Source: Octopus vulgaris
Taxonomy: Eukaryota
Direction of reading: 5' to 3'
DNA length: 64,000 bases
Assembly (NCBI GenBank): GCA_951406725.2
Contig: OX597834.1
Coordinates: forward strand, 20,832,001-20,896,000
Positions 52,065-64,000 of this stretch are shown piece by piece. How positions within the stretch are numbered: the first letter of the stretch is position 1; every line of letters starts with the position of its first letter. The translations under genes and the position numbers were made by a program. Under the pieces are notes generated by a model. The model was not told the DNA's origin and did no database searches. It saw only the letters and a program-made list of their open reading frames with translations.

Positions 52065-52152
52065 GTATATGTATATATATGTATATATATATGTATATAT
52101 ATGTATATATATATATATATGTATATATATATGTACATATACATATATATAT
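51400..52152. repeat. About 750-bp (TA)n/(TATG) tract
   Basis: Direct inspection. Confidence 0.95.
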
Positions 52153-52284
52153 TTTTGAGTGAATGGCCAAATGAAAGAAAAAAGCACTTGGAACATTTAA
52201 TGGGAGTTACATGCTTTATTCTTTGCAACTGTAAATAATAAGGATTGAAACATTAAGTCCCATAATTGGGTTCTATGTGACTTG

Positions 52285-52391
52285 AAGTTTCACAGGCCTC
52301 TAACGGAAACCTAACTCATTCGGGATTAGAGTATTGAACCAGTTATCTAATCCTGAATGAGCTGGGTTTCTGTTCGAAGCCAGTGGAATTT
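52285..52391. repeat. Imperfect palindrome (foldback element)
   Basis: aacggaaacctaactcattcgggattaga (52302-52330) versus tctaatcctgaatgagctgggtttctgtt (52346-52374); pairing extends outward. Confidence 0.85.
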
Positions 52392-52598
52392 TGTTACACA
52401 CAGCCAGAGCAAACTATTTTGATTAATATATATATTAGATTTATACACACAGACACACATATATATGTATATATAAGATTTATATATGTATACATTATTA
52501 GTAAAAATAATAATGATGATGATAATAATAATAACCAGAGTGACTTCTTAGAATTGAACTTATCTCAAATATTGTTGCATATATATATGTATGTATAT

Positions 52599-52633
<35 letters not shown>

Positions 52634-52646
52634 CATACATACATTC

Positions 52647-52705
<59 letters not shown>

Positions 52706-53055
52706 AAGATACAAAATGGGACAAGAACGCAAAACATCCAGACAACTAGGTGACACAAAAGGGGACAACAAAACATCCAGATAGACAATACAAAAAACAC
52801 GGATGGGTCATTCGGAGCCTTTAATCTTCCGTCAAGAACCAGATCATCCTTGCAATTCTGGCTGATTAATCTTGAGATTGCTCCAATCTGGCCAGCCCCA
52901 AGGAAAAACTAAGCTAAGAGCATTAGATTCCTTGGAAAAAAAAAAGCATCGAATGTATACGAAACAAGGACGGAAAAACGGACGATGTTACACGAATATA
53001 AATACAAATAAACAATAATAATAATAATAACAGGACATAACAACAGGCGTCTTCA
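52706..53055. mobile_element. Unclassified TA-embedded interspersed repeat
   Basis: acaaaatgggacaagaacgcaaaacatcc recurs inverted at about 56930-56960; (TA)n flanks. Confidence 0.55.
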
Positions 53056-53060
53056 TATAT

Positions 53061-53330
53061 ATCATCATCATCATCATCATTTAACGTCCGTTTTTCCATG
53101 CTGGCATGGGTTGGACGGTTCAACTGGGGTCTGGGAAGCCAGAAGGCTGCACCAGGCCCAGTCTGATCTGGCAGTGTTTCTACAGCTGGATGCCCTTCCT
53201 AATGCCAACCACTCCATGAGTGTAGTGGATGCTTTTTACGTGCCACCAGCACAGGTGCCAGACGGGGCTGGCAGACGGCCACGATCGGATGGTGCTTTTT
53301 ACGTGCCACTGGCACAGACGTGCCACAGGC
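53061..53330 (-). mobile_element. Family C RTE-type 3' end
   Basis: Near identical to 698-1041. Confidence 0.85.
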
Positions 53331-53363
<33 letters not shown>

Positions 53364-53366
<3 letters not shown>

Positions 53367-53559
53367 AGAGTTTAGGAAAAAAACAAAAGACGAAGACAGG
53401 TGGTGTACAAAACAAACAGATGTATTAGTATAATGCTCAGGAATAGAAAAAGTCTTTTACGTTTTGAGCGTATGCTCTTCTACAGAAAGGGACTCAGAAA
53501 ACAAGGAGAGAAAAAAGGAGAGAAAAAAATGTGTGTAGTGGCTAACGATCTATCATGGC
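53364..53559 (-). mobile_element. Family D element; hammerhead at 53453-53490 with GAAA mutated to AAAA
   Basis: Minus strand: ccttt CTGTAGA A GAGC atac GCTC AAAAC GTA aaaga. Confidence 0.8.
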
Positions 53560-54646
53560 ATCTACATATATATATAAATATATATATGCATATATATTTG
53601 TATATATATTCTTTATGTGTAAAAATATCCTTTTAACCATCATACCACAATAACAGCTTTAGTTCTCCTCTTTATTATTAAGAAACACATCATGTTCGTT
53701 TTAGAGAAAGACTTCATCAGCCTCAGATCACGAAGCGATTACGGTTTGTGTATATCGTTGAGAAAACTGTCAAATGCATATTTAAACATTTCTCGCAATC
53801 AACTGTTTTCTATTGATTATCCCATTGATATTAGATTGCAGCTGGTGCAATGGTGCAGATATCTGAGATGAAATCCTATTTTCTTGTCAAAACATTGATG
53901 CTGGTTATCTCCATAGCAAAACCCCTCATCGCTTAAAAATAGGAATATATTTGATATGATGGCAAATGAGTCAGTAACTCCAGGTTTGCTTCAAACACAC
54001 ACAGACTCACATACACACAAATCCACATACATATACATGTTCACACAAAAGCACATGCATACACACACACACACACAAACAAACAAACACGCAGACTTAT
54101 GCATACGCACAGCTATACACATTACAAAGCTATACCTTTTAGTCTTGAGTCATAAACACACATACATTTGTATGTGTATGTGTGTGTATACATATATATA
54201 TACATATATATATATATATACACATATATATACATGCATATATATATATGAATAACGATATATATGTGCGTACATATATATATATACATATGTATATATA
54301 CAAATATATATATGTATATATTTATATATGTACATATATATATACAAATATATATATGTACATATATACACAAAAATATACATATATATATATATATATA
54401 TTGATATACATATATACACACACATATATACACACACATATATATACACACACGTATATATATATATATATATGTATATATATACATATATATATATATG
54501 TGGGTTTATGTCTCAATACTAATATATTTAGATGTGTGTATATATGCATGTATATATATATGTGTGTGTGTGTGTCTGTATGCATCTGTGTGTGTACTTA
54601 TACATAACTATATTATACACATGACTATATATATGACTATATATAT

Positions 54647-54696
<50 letters not shown>

Positions 54697-55218
54697 GCAT
54701 ATATATATGTATATATATATATACTAATACATTTAGATGTGTGAATATATGTATGTATATGTGTGTGCATGTGTGTGTATGTATGCATCTGTGTGTGTGT
54801 ACTTATACATGACTATATTCAGACAGATTTATAAATCGGTATTCCTGTACATTCAACATATGTATACACACACACACACAACACACACAAACACACACAT
54901 ACTTAAAGATGTATGTATATATTGATTTATACAAAGTTAACGAGTGCCACTTCACCACAAGACGGTCATAATTTCAATGACACAGCCTGTCGCTCCTTGG
55001 ACAAATGTCCTCTATTCTAACCTTGAGATAACCAATATGTTATGAGTGAAATTTAATAGCCAAATGTGTGTATATATGTGTGTGTGTCTGTTTGTGTGGG
55101 CATCTGTGTGTGTTTGTTTGTGCGTGTGTCTCTGGGTATAATGGTGTGTATGCATATGATAGCATTAAAGTGCTCGTCTTCAGGTATGTTTGTATATATG
55201 CATGTGTGAAAGCATGCA

Positions 55219-55827
55219 CATCATCATCATCATCGTTTAGCGTCCGCTTTCCATGCTGGCATGGATTGGACGGTTCAACTGGGGTCTAGGAAGCCAGAAG
55301 GCCGCACCAGGCCCAGTCTGATCTGGCAATGTTTCTACGGCTGGATGCCCTTCCTAACGCCAACCACTCCATGAGCGTAGTGGGTGCTTTTTACGTGTCA
55401 CCGGCACAGGTGCCAGACGAGGCTGGCAAACGGCCACGATCGGATGGTGCTTTTTATGTGCCACCGGCACGGAGCCCAGGCGAGGCTAGCAATGACCATG
55501 ATCGGATGGTGCTTTTTATGTGCCACCGGCACAGAGCCCAGGCGAGGCTAGCAATGGCCACGATTGGATGGTGCCTTTTATGTGCCACCGGCACGGAGAC
55601 CAGGCGAAGCTGGCAAACGGCCACGATCGGATGGTGCTTTTTACGTGCCACTGGCACGGAGACCAGGCGAGGCTGGCAAATGGCCACGATCGGATGGTGC
55701 CACTGGCACGGAGGCAGTTGTGGCGGTGCTGGCAATGGCCACGTTCGGATGGTTCTCTTATGTGTCACCAGCACTGGTATCATAGCTACGATTTCCATTG
55801 ACGTTGATCGATTTTGATTTTGATTTT
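55219..55827 (-). mobile_element. Family C element with seven internal units of about 62 bp
   Basis: ggtgcttttta(c/t)gtgccac(c/t)ggcac...ggccacgatcggat repeated across 55383-55775. Confidence 0.9.
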
Positions 55828-56045
55828 GTTAAGTAAGTCTCTCATCACTTTGATTAATAGTGTTTAGCTAGACACTGCTACACGGCGCTCTTAGCTGATA
55901 TGGCTTCCTGTGTGCACGATCAAAGCTGAAGACTTCCAAAAGCATCAGCTACCTGTCCTTGTTGCTTCTTTTTCTATCGCTACTGGACTTATGGAGAAAG
56001 TGCAATGACGTTGGAGCTGGTCTCTTGGTTTGCTGAACAACCTGT

Positions 56046-56086
56046 CCTCCTCTCTCTCTCTCTCTCACTCTCTCTGTCTCTCTTTC

Positions 56087-56119
<33 letters not shown>

Positions 56120-56196
56120 CTTTCTGTCTGTCTCTCTCTCTTTCTGTCTTTCTCTCTCTCTCTTTCTGTCCGTCTCTCTCACTCTCTCTCTCTCAC

Positions 56197-56239
<43 letters not shown>

Positions 56240-56240
56240 G

Positions 56241-56313
<73 letters not shown>

Positions 56314-56342
56314 ATCTCTCTCTATCTCTCTCTGTCTATCTG

Positions 56343-56381
<39 letters not shown>

Positions 56382-56382
56382 T
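56046..56382. repeat. (CT)n polypyrimidine tract
   Basis: Direct inspection. Confidence 0.95.
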
Positions 56383-56981
56383 GTACTTTAAACTTGCACT
56401 TGTGTTCCACAATCTTAGTAATTACCAGGATGCAAGATTTGTATGAAGTAAGACAAGTCAAAGGGCTCATATGCCTTGGGTCTGATAGGGTGTCTGTGAG
56501 TGACTTTCTTATGGAGGCAAGTCTGTCGCATGTTAATTTGCTAATTAACCCATAGATGGGACCTTGGCAGGTGCTGCTATTCCATGTCATAATAGACCTG
56601 GGAACAATAATGGCTAAGATGTGGACCCACATTCCTCAAAGACTCCTGAACCAGTGCCCCACAAATGGATGCAGTTTAAAGTTATAGCCATATATATACT
56701 TTGTTTGTGCATTAACAAGGTAACCAATGGTTTCATGCAAAAAGAACTTCGCAATTGTTAAAGCATGCCATATATCTATACACACACACACTCACACACA
56801 TGCCTGTTATCAACCATTACTTGTTTTTAGGAAAGACCAACAAAAGTCATTTTGTAGCTCCATGCAAATTATCAACATTCATGGTTACATGCTTCTGTTT
56901 TGTTGTCTCTTTTTATATTACCTAGATGTCCGGATGTTTTGCATTCTTGTCCCATTTTGTATTTTACATATATGTATATAT

Positions 56982-57322
56982 GTGAAGGCATGTGGCTCAA
57001 TGGTTAGAGCGTCGAGCTTACGATCGTGAGGTTGTGAACTCGAATCCCGGACCGGGCTGCGTGTTGTGTTCTTGAGCAAGACACTTTATTTCACGTTGCT
57101 CCAGTACACTCAGCCGTAGAAATGAGTTGCGACGTCACAGGTACCAAGCTGTATCGGCCCTTGCGTTTCCCTTGGACAACATCGGTGACGTGGAGAGGGG
57201 AGGCCGGTATGCATGGGCGACTGCTAGTCTTCCATAAAAACAACCTTGCCCAGACTTGTGCCTCAGAGGGTAACTCTCTAGGTGCAAACCCATGGTCAGT
57301 GTCTGACCGAAGGTGGTCACCA

Positions 57323-57324
<2 letters not shown>
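56982..57324 (+). mobile_element. Full-length tRNA-derived SINE family G
   Basis: tggctcaatggttagagc (box A), ctcgaatccc (box B), cttgagcaagacacttt CORE-like segment; between (TA)n. Confidence 0.88.
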
Positions 57325-57364
<40 letters not shown>

Positions 57365-58297
57365 TATATATGACTGATCAGAACCAAGTAAAATTGCAGT
57401 TATGGCCTGTGCCAGTGTCACACAAAAGGCATCTGTGCCGGTGACTCATAGAGGCACTCACTACACTCTTGGAGTGAAAGGCGTTAGGAAGGACATCCAG
57501 CCATAGAAACCAAACCAAAACAGACTGTCTAACCCATGCCAGCATGGAAAAGGGACACTAAAGATGACGACGACAACGATATATGTGTGTGTGTGTATAA
57601 ATTGATATTTGAGCTTCTGTGCTTGCTTCAGTCCATATGTTTGTGGGTAGACATGTGTCTGTTTAGTGTGTGTGCCCAGATGCACCACTACATACAGGCA
57701 ACTAACAACACACACACACACACACACACTCACACACACATGTACAACGAATACACAGTCATGCAACCTGCATGGTATTACAAGGTAATACCAAACTCTT
57801 TACTGTTGCCATAGTTGTCGCAGACAAATTCTACAACCGTTGCCTTTTCTTGGGATAATTTCATAAAATTGGAGGAGCACTGTAGGGTGGGGGTGGAGGG
57901 AGGATGTGATTTTTCTTTTCATTTTTTTCGGAATTATTCCAAAAAACTTGCAATTGTTGGGTGGATTCCTTCTATTCCTGCTACTTGTTATATACTATAG
58001 AGTGATGACAAGCCACTTCAAAGAATTCTTTATACTGAAGAAGGAAATACAAGGATAAGAAACAAAGCAAAAAGAAGAAAAAAAAGACCCAAAAAATGGG
58101 ACAGAAACGAAAACAGTTGTGGCAGCAGGGGGTTGGGGGTTGGGGGGGGGTATCAAAAGATTAAATAAATATATAAATAAAATGAGAAAACTAAATAAAA
58201 ATGTATTCTTCAAGAGAATTATGATTTCTGATCATATTTATTCATTTATTGTAGTGCTTTATGTAACAGTATTTTGGTAATGAGGTTGGTAAGTAGA

Positions 58298-58830
58298 GGG
58301 GGGGGTCAGGTGGGGGGAGGGTCAGGTGGTGGTGGTGGGGACAATGTGTTGGGGATTGTGTTGGGGGTAGTGTTGTTGATGATGATGGTGGTGGTGGTGG
58401 TGGTTGTTTCAGGGTGGTCATGAAGATAATGGTGGTATGTGGTGGCAGTGGTGGTGGCAGCGGTGGTCGTAGTGGTGGTGGTGGTGGTGGTAGTAGTTGC
58501 AGTGGTAGCAGTGTTTGCTAGTAACAGAGGCGACAACAGTGTAGGTTGTAGCCGTGGTGATGGTCATGAAGCTAATTGTAGTTTGGTGGTTGTTGTTGTT
58601 GTTGTGGTGGTGGTGGTGGTGGTGGTGGTGGTGGCGATGGTAGTGGATGCGGTTGTTGATGATGGTGGTTGTGGTGATGGTGATGGTGGTGGTCGTGATA
58701 TTTGCGGTAGTAGGTTTGACACTAATAGTCCTGGCTACAGTAGTGGTAGTAGTTGTAGTGGTGGTGGTGGTGGTGGTGGTTGTGGTGGTGGTGGTGGTGG
58801 TGGTGGTGTGGTGGTGGTGGTGGTAGTTTT
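58298..58830. repeat. (GGT)n-rich degenerate tract
   Basis: Direct inspection. Confidence 0.9.
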
Positions 58831-59745
58831 GTTAATACTGTAGATGGTAACAGCAATGACTACAGTATAGGTACAAGCAGTTAAGGTAGTAATTGTGGCA
58901 ATAGTGGTGAAGGAGGTAGCGCATGATGGTGATTGCAGAAACTCTGATTGTTGGTTGTTGCAGTTTTGCTTCCTTTTCTTTTCTTTCCTTTTCTTTTTCT
59001 TTTTTTTTGTACCCTTTCTCTTTTCTTCTTGATGTTATTAAGGTGGTCTTTTTGTTGTTGTTGTTGTTGTCATCAGTTTGTCATTCTTTTTCGGGTTTTG
59101 TCGGCTTCAAATTTGTCTTTTTCTTGTTGTTTTCTTGCTCTTGGTGGATAAGTTCGGCTTGGGTTATCATGGTTTTTCATTCTTTCTAATTTCCTTGTTA
59201 TTTTTTTTGTCCCCCTTTTTTTTTATTTGTGTTTTCATTGTTGATGTTTTCGTGTACATTATTAGTTGTTATTGCTGCTGTTGTTGTTGTTGTTGTTGCT
59301 GTTGCCATTGTTGTTCTCCTTCTTCCAACAGATCTGGTGTCTTACCAGTTTTTCTTATTTTATTAACAAAAGATATAGAAACGAGGGGAGGGGCCGTGCT
59401 GAGAGAAGAAATAAATATAACAGGGTTTAGTTTTACAGGAAGGATTCATGATGGAGGAGGAGGCAGCGGTGGTGGCGGCAAGCGAAATGTGTCCCCCTCC
59501 CCCCAACCACCCAAAACCCCACATGAGTGGAGGGAAAAAGAAGGGGCTGTGAAGAAGAAAAAAGAAGAAAAAAATTCACATTTGATTAGGTGTGAAACAA
59601 GGGTTTGGGATAGAAAAATGCCCCTCCCCCACTTCCCCCCCTCCTTCCTGTCATTCTATCTTGTTCTTTCTTCTGCAAATGCACTATAGACATATGTATG
59701 TATTTAGTATCGGCATGTATATATATATATATACATATGTGTATG

Positions 59746-59786
<41 letters not shown>

Positions 59787-59805
59787 GTGTATGCATATAT
59801 ATGCG

Positions 59806-59840
<35 letters not shown>

Positions 59841-60088
59841 GCATATAAATGTTTATTCACACATACGCACACATAACAGAGAGGAAGAGAGAGAGACAGA
59901 GAGAGAAGCGGACATGAAATTACAATGCAAAGACCTAAGTCACCGTGTTGTGATTGTAAAGAGATGACTATTATTATTATTATCATTATTATTTTTATTA
60001 TTATTATTATTATTATTACTATTATTATTTATTATTATTATTATTATCATTATTATTATTATTATTATCACTGTTGTTGTTATTATTA

Positions 60089-60125
<37 letters not shown>

Positions 60126-60159
60126 TATTATTATTTTATTGTTATTGTTATTGTTATTA

Positions 60160-60208
<49 letters not shown>

Positions 60209-60781
60209 GCATCACTTGTATCAGTATATCATGTTTCCCCCCTCCACTTTTCATCTCCCCCCCATTCGCTCTATTCTCCTGTTTTCGGGTGGGTGGGGAG
60301 TGTGACAGTAACAAGAAGTGGCTGGGTGTGAGCCATCCTGTTACACAATGGATTATTACAGCTTGGATGGTGAACAAAGTCTTTGATATTTATAAAGTTG
60401 TTTGTTAGAGAGGAAATGAAGCAAGAGATGACAAGGAAAAGGCACCTATACGTACATGTGTGTGTGTGTGTGTGTGTGTAGTTGTATATGTATATATGTG
60501 TGTGTATGCATGTGCATGCATGTCTCTGTTGAAGTATATGTGTGTATGTGCATGTTATATATATATCTGTATCTGTATGTACATGTATCTCTATAAGTAC
60601 AAACATGCAGGCATATGTATGGTGCCTTGCAGAGATAGACAGACACACAGACAGACAGACAGCTAGCTAGCTAGCTAGATAGATAGATAGATAGATTGAC
60701 TGACAGACTGATAGACAGATAGATAGATATATACATACATACTTACGTATGTACAAAGATAAATAGATAGGTTGACAGACC

Positions 60782-60862
<81 letters not shown>

Positions 60863-61501
60863 GGATGGACAGATAGATAGACAGACAGATAGATATAGAT
60901 AGATAGACAGATAGATAGATAGATAGACTAGATATAAAGCTTAAATATTTGTCCATATTTCATCTAATACACAGGTGTGTGTGTGTGTGTGATGAGGAAT
61001 ACGGACAAATAGTTAAGAGATTTGCTTCACAACGTTGAGGTCTCAGGTTCTATCCCACAGGTTGGCATTTTGGTCAATTGTCATTTCTGTTGCCTTCAGT
61101 TGACTTATAACTTGTGGGTGGTACTGGAGAAGAGGAAAACTGTGTAGAATCCCAGTATGTTATGCACTGTTGCACCTTGTAATGCATTGGGTAGTGTTAA
61201 GGGTGCATATGTTTGTGGAATGCTCAAATCATTTAATTGGCTCACACACAATTTCCTGTCATCGTCATCTAAGTGATACCTTTTACTACAGCTTCGAGCC
61301 GGCCAAAACTTTGTGAGTTCATTTGGTAGAGGGGAAAACTAAAATAAGCCCATCACAAATGTGTGTGTGTATGTATGTGTATGAGTGTGTGTGCGTATAA
61401 TTTGGATGATGTCATCATCTAAATAAACACGTATTTCCACACTTGTAATTGAGCATTTAACCTTAAAATGAGGTTCTTCTTTTTTGAAGAGGTATTTACT
61501 A

Positions 61502-61550
<49 letters not shown>

Positions 61551-61784
61551 TAGACACATACACACCCATATGTATTATAATAATAGTGATATTGGTATTA
61601 AATTAAAATAAGGAATGGTACAATAAAGAACAGAAGAACATTCTGTGGTAGGGGGGAAAAAAAACAAAATAAAAACGAAGAAAATTATAAAGATGGTGAT
61701 GATGATGTTGATGTTGGTAATAAGGGTGGTGAAAGAATGGAATATTAAATATATACAAAACACGGCAAAAAATTATAATCAAAT

Positions 61785-62056
61785 GATAATAATAATAATA
61801 ATAACGATGATGATGACAACGACGACGATGATAACGGCAATGATGATGATTGTGGTGATGGTGATGATAGGAATGATGATGATGTGGATGGTGATAGCAA
61901 TGATGATGATGATGATGATGATAATGATGATGAGGATGATGATGATGGCAATGATGATGATGACGATGATGACGATGATGACGATGATGACGATGATGAC
62001 GATGATGATGATGATGATGGCGATAATGATGATGACGACGATGATGATGATGATGA
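61785..62056. repeat. (GAT)n/(GAC) trinucleotide tract
   Basis: Direct inspection. Confidence 0.95.
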
Positions 62057-62557
62057 AGAAAAAGAAGTAACGAAAGACAAAAGAACTAAACGATGTTCAG
62101 CTAATTGACAACAAAGCAAGAAATTTAAACCCCTGCTTTGGTTGAAAAAAAAAAATATAGAATTGTGTTGGGAACGCAGAACGTCGAATCAAAGAGGAAT
62201 TTTCTGAAGGCTCTAATTTTAAAACACCTTATTATGTATTTTGGTAGGGTGATTGGGACTGATTTGAAACTCCGAAGGAAGGTTTCCACCACCGCACCCC
62301 CACCCCCACCACCACCACCACCACCACCGCCGCTCTTTTGTTTTGTTTCATTTGTAATTTATTTGTTTGTGTGTATTTCTTTATTGTATTTTTTTTTTTG
62401 TATTTTAAAACATGAGCCAATGAGAAGAAATATTGAACATGGAAACCAGCTAAAAAGTGAATATATGTTGTCTGTTAGTTGCTTGTTCTTGGTGTGTGAG
62501 GAGGTAGCTGTGGGTGGGCGAGGGGCACTGTACTTTACAAGTTACTAAACATATATA

Positions 62558-62721
62558 GGCACATGAGTGGCTATGTGGTAAGAAGCTTGCATTCCAACCA
62601 GCATGTGGTTCCAGGTTCAGTCCCACTGCATGGCAATTTGGGCGAGTGTCTTCTACTAGAATTTCAGGAAGACAAAAGCCTTGTGAGTGGATTTGGTAGA
62701 CAGAAACTGAAAGAAACCCAT

Positions 62722-62765
<44 letters not shown>

Positions 62766-62880
62766 GCACACATACATACATATACATACATACATATACA
62801 TACATATATATATATATATATACACATATATATACATACATATATATATATATACATACATATATATATGTATATGTATA

Positions 62881-62919
<39 letters not shown>

Positions 62920-62970
62920 TGTCCCTGCATGGCCACAGCCTTAGAGCAGAAACATATACAAGAATGAAAG
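62558..62970 (+). mobile_element. SINE A with most of the 3' half deleted
   Basis: ggcacatgagtggctatgtggtaagaag...ggttcagtcccactg...; short tail gcatggccacag. Confidence 0.85.
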
Positions 62971-62989
62971 AATATATATGTATATATGT

Positions 62990-63318
62990 TGCACTCCATC
63001 GGTTATGACGATGACGATAATTGTTCCAGTTGATCCAAGCAGTGGAACATCCTACACATGAAATTAATTAATATGCAAGTGGTTGAGTACTCCACGGACA
63101 TGTGTTCCCCAAACTTAGTTCTCGGGGTGATTCAGCATGATACAAAAAGTGACAAGACTGGCCCCTTTGAAATACAGATACAACCCATTTTTTTCCAGCT
63201 GAGTTTACTGGGGGAAATAAAGTTTCTTTCTCAAGGACACAAAGCACCACTGGGTATCGAACACAACACCTTACAATCATGAGCGAAATATGCTAACCAC
63301 TAAGCCATGCATCTTTAC
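62990..63318 (-). mobile_element. tRNA-derived SINE family H (head and CORE-like segment shared with F and G, different tail)
   Basis: Minus strand: gcatggcttagtggttagc...gttcgataccc...tgtccttgagaaagaaacttt. Confidence 0.7.
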
Positions 63319-63339
63319 ATTATTCATGTATATATATAT

Positions 63340-63535
63340 AGTTCAAAATTTGTCCAAAAAACAAAAGACAGAGGCAGGTGAGGGAGCAGCAAACATATGA
63401 GAGATCAGTTTGACGCTCAGGGAAAAAGGAAAGAGTTTTTGATGTTTCAAACCTATGCTCTTCTACAGAAAGAAATGAGGAGAGAAAAAAAACAGATGGG
63501 GAGAAGCAAAAACTGGAGAGAAAATAAAACGTGTC
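63340..63535 (-). mobile_element. Family D element, diverged; hammerhead at 63436-63473
   Basis: Minus strand: tcttt CTGTAGA A GAGC atag GTTT GAAAC ATC aaaaa. Confidence 0.75.
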
Positions 63536-64000
63536 TACTCTATCCAATGTATTGAGTTCTGTACTAGATAATGCTTCCACTATGTAAAATATATTATTGA
63601 TATAGTCTACATCTGTTAAATTATCTTGTATATATGTGTGTATGTAAGTATGTTTATATCACTTATCTTCACAACACAAAATATTATATAAGTAAATATT
63701 ATAACACTCAAAATTGGTAACTGTTGCTTTCAATGAAAAAGAAAAATATTTTCTCTTTTACAAAAAAAAGCTCACATGCATAGAATTTCAATAAATATTG
63801 ACATTTCCTTACTATAGTTCAAATTATCAGCTAAAAATCTCAAAATTTTCTTCACGGAATAATTTTGGTTTTGCACTAAGTGTTTGTGTGTGTGTGTGTG
63901 TGTGTGTGATTAACACAACAAAAGAATTTTTTGTTCTGTTTTTCTGCTTTTTCTTGTCCTGTTTTTCGTTTTTCTCCTCTTTTAGTTTTCCACAAGAAAA

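Noticed and set aside
54515-54825. Roughly 200-bp tandem duplication; similar small ones near 25160, 28565 and 42125
   Set aside because: Ordinary slippage duplications inside low-complexity tracts
55383-55775. CRISPR-like repeat-spacer appearance
   Set aside because: Spacers are homologous to each other, the array is part of a dispersed eukaryotic retroelement, and no cas genes are present

Overview
AT-rich eukaryotic non-coding DNA, either a large intron or a gene desert. I recognise no host protein-coding exon. Nearly all ORFs in the supplied track are translations of microsatellites ((TA)n, (CA)n, (CT)n, (TAGA)n, (TACA)n, (AAT)n, (GGT)n) or of SINEs. The repeat repertoire suggests a coleoid cephalopod, probably Octopus; this is inference, not a database match. 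The window is tiled by several tRNA-headed SINE families, labelled A, B, E, F, G and H here. It also holds 5'-truncated LINE ends (restriction-like endonuclease R4/Dong type, RTE clade, and one possible L1/Tx1 type), a rearranged mariner remnant and several MITEs. The most notable signal is a set of about ten minimal type I hammerhead ribozyme motifs, intact to decayed, in short Penelope/retrozyme-like elements. One element joins a tRNA-like Pol III head, an (AAT)n tract and a hammerhead (15462-15850). One TA-embedded family consistently carries a variant CUGU(A/C)GA core. All calls were made by eye, and repeat boundaries are approximate.
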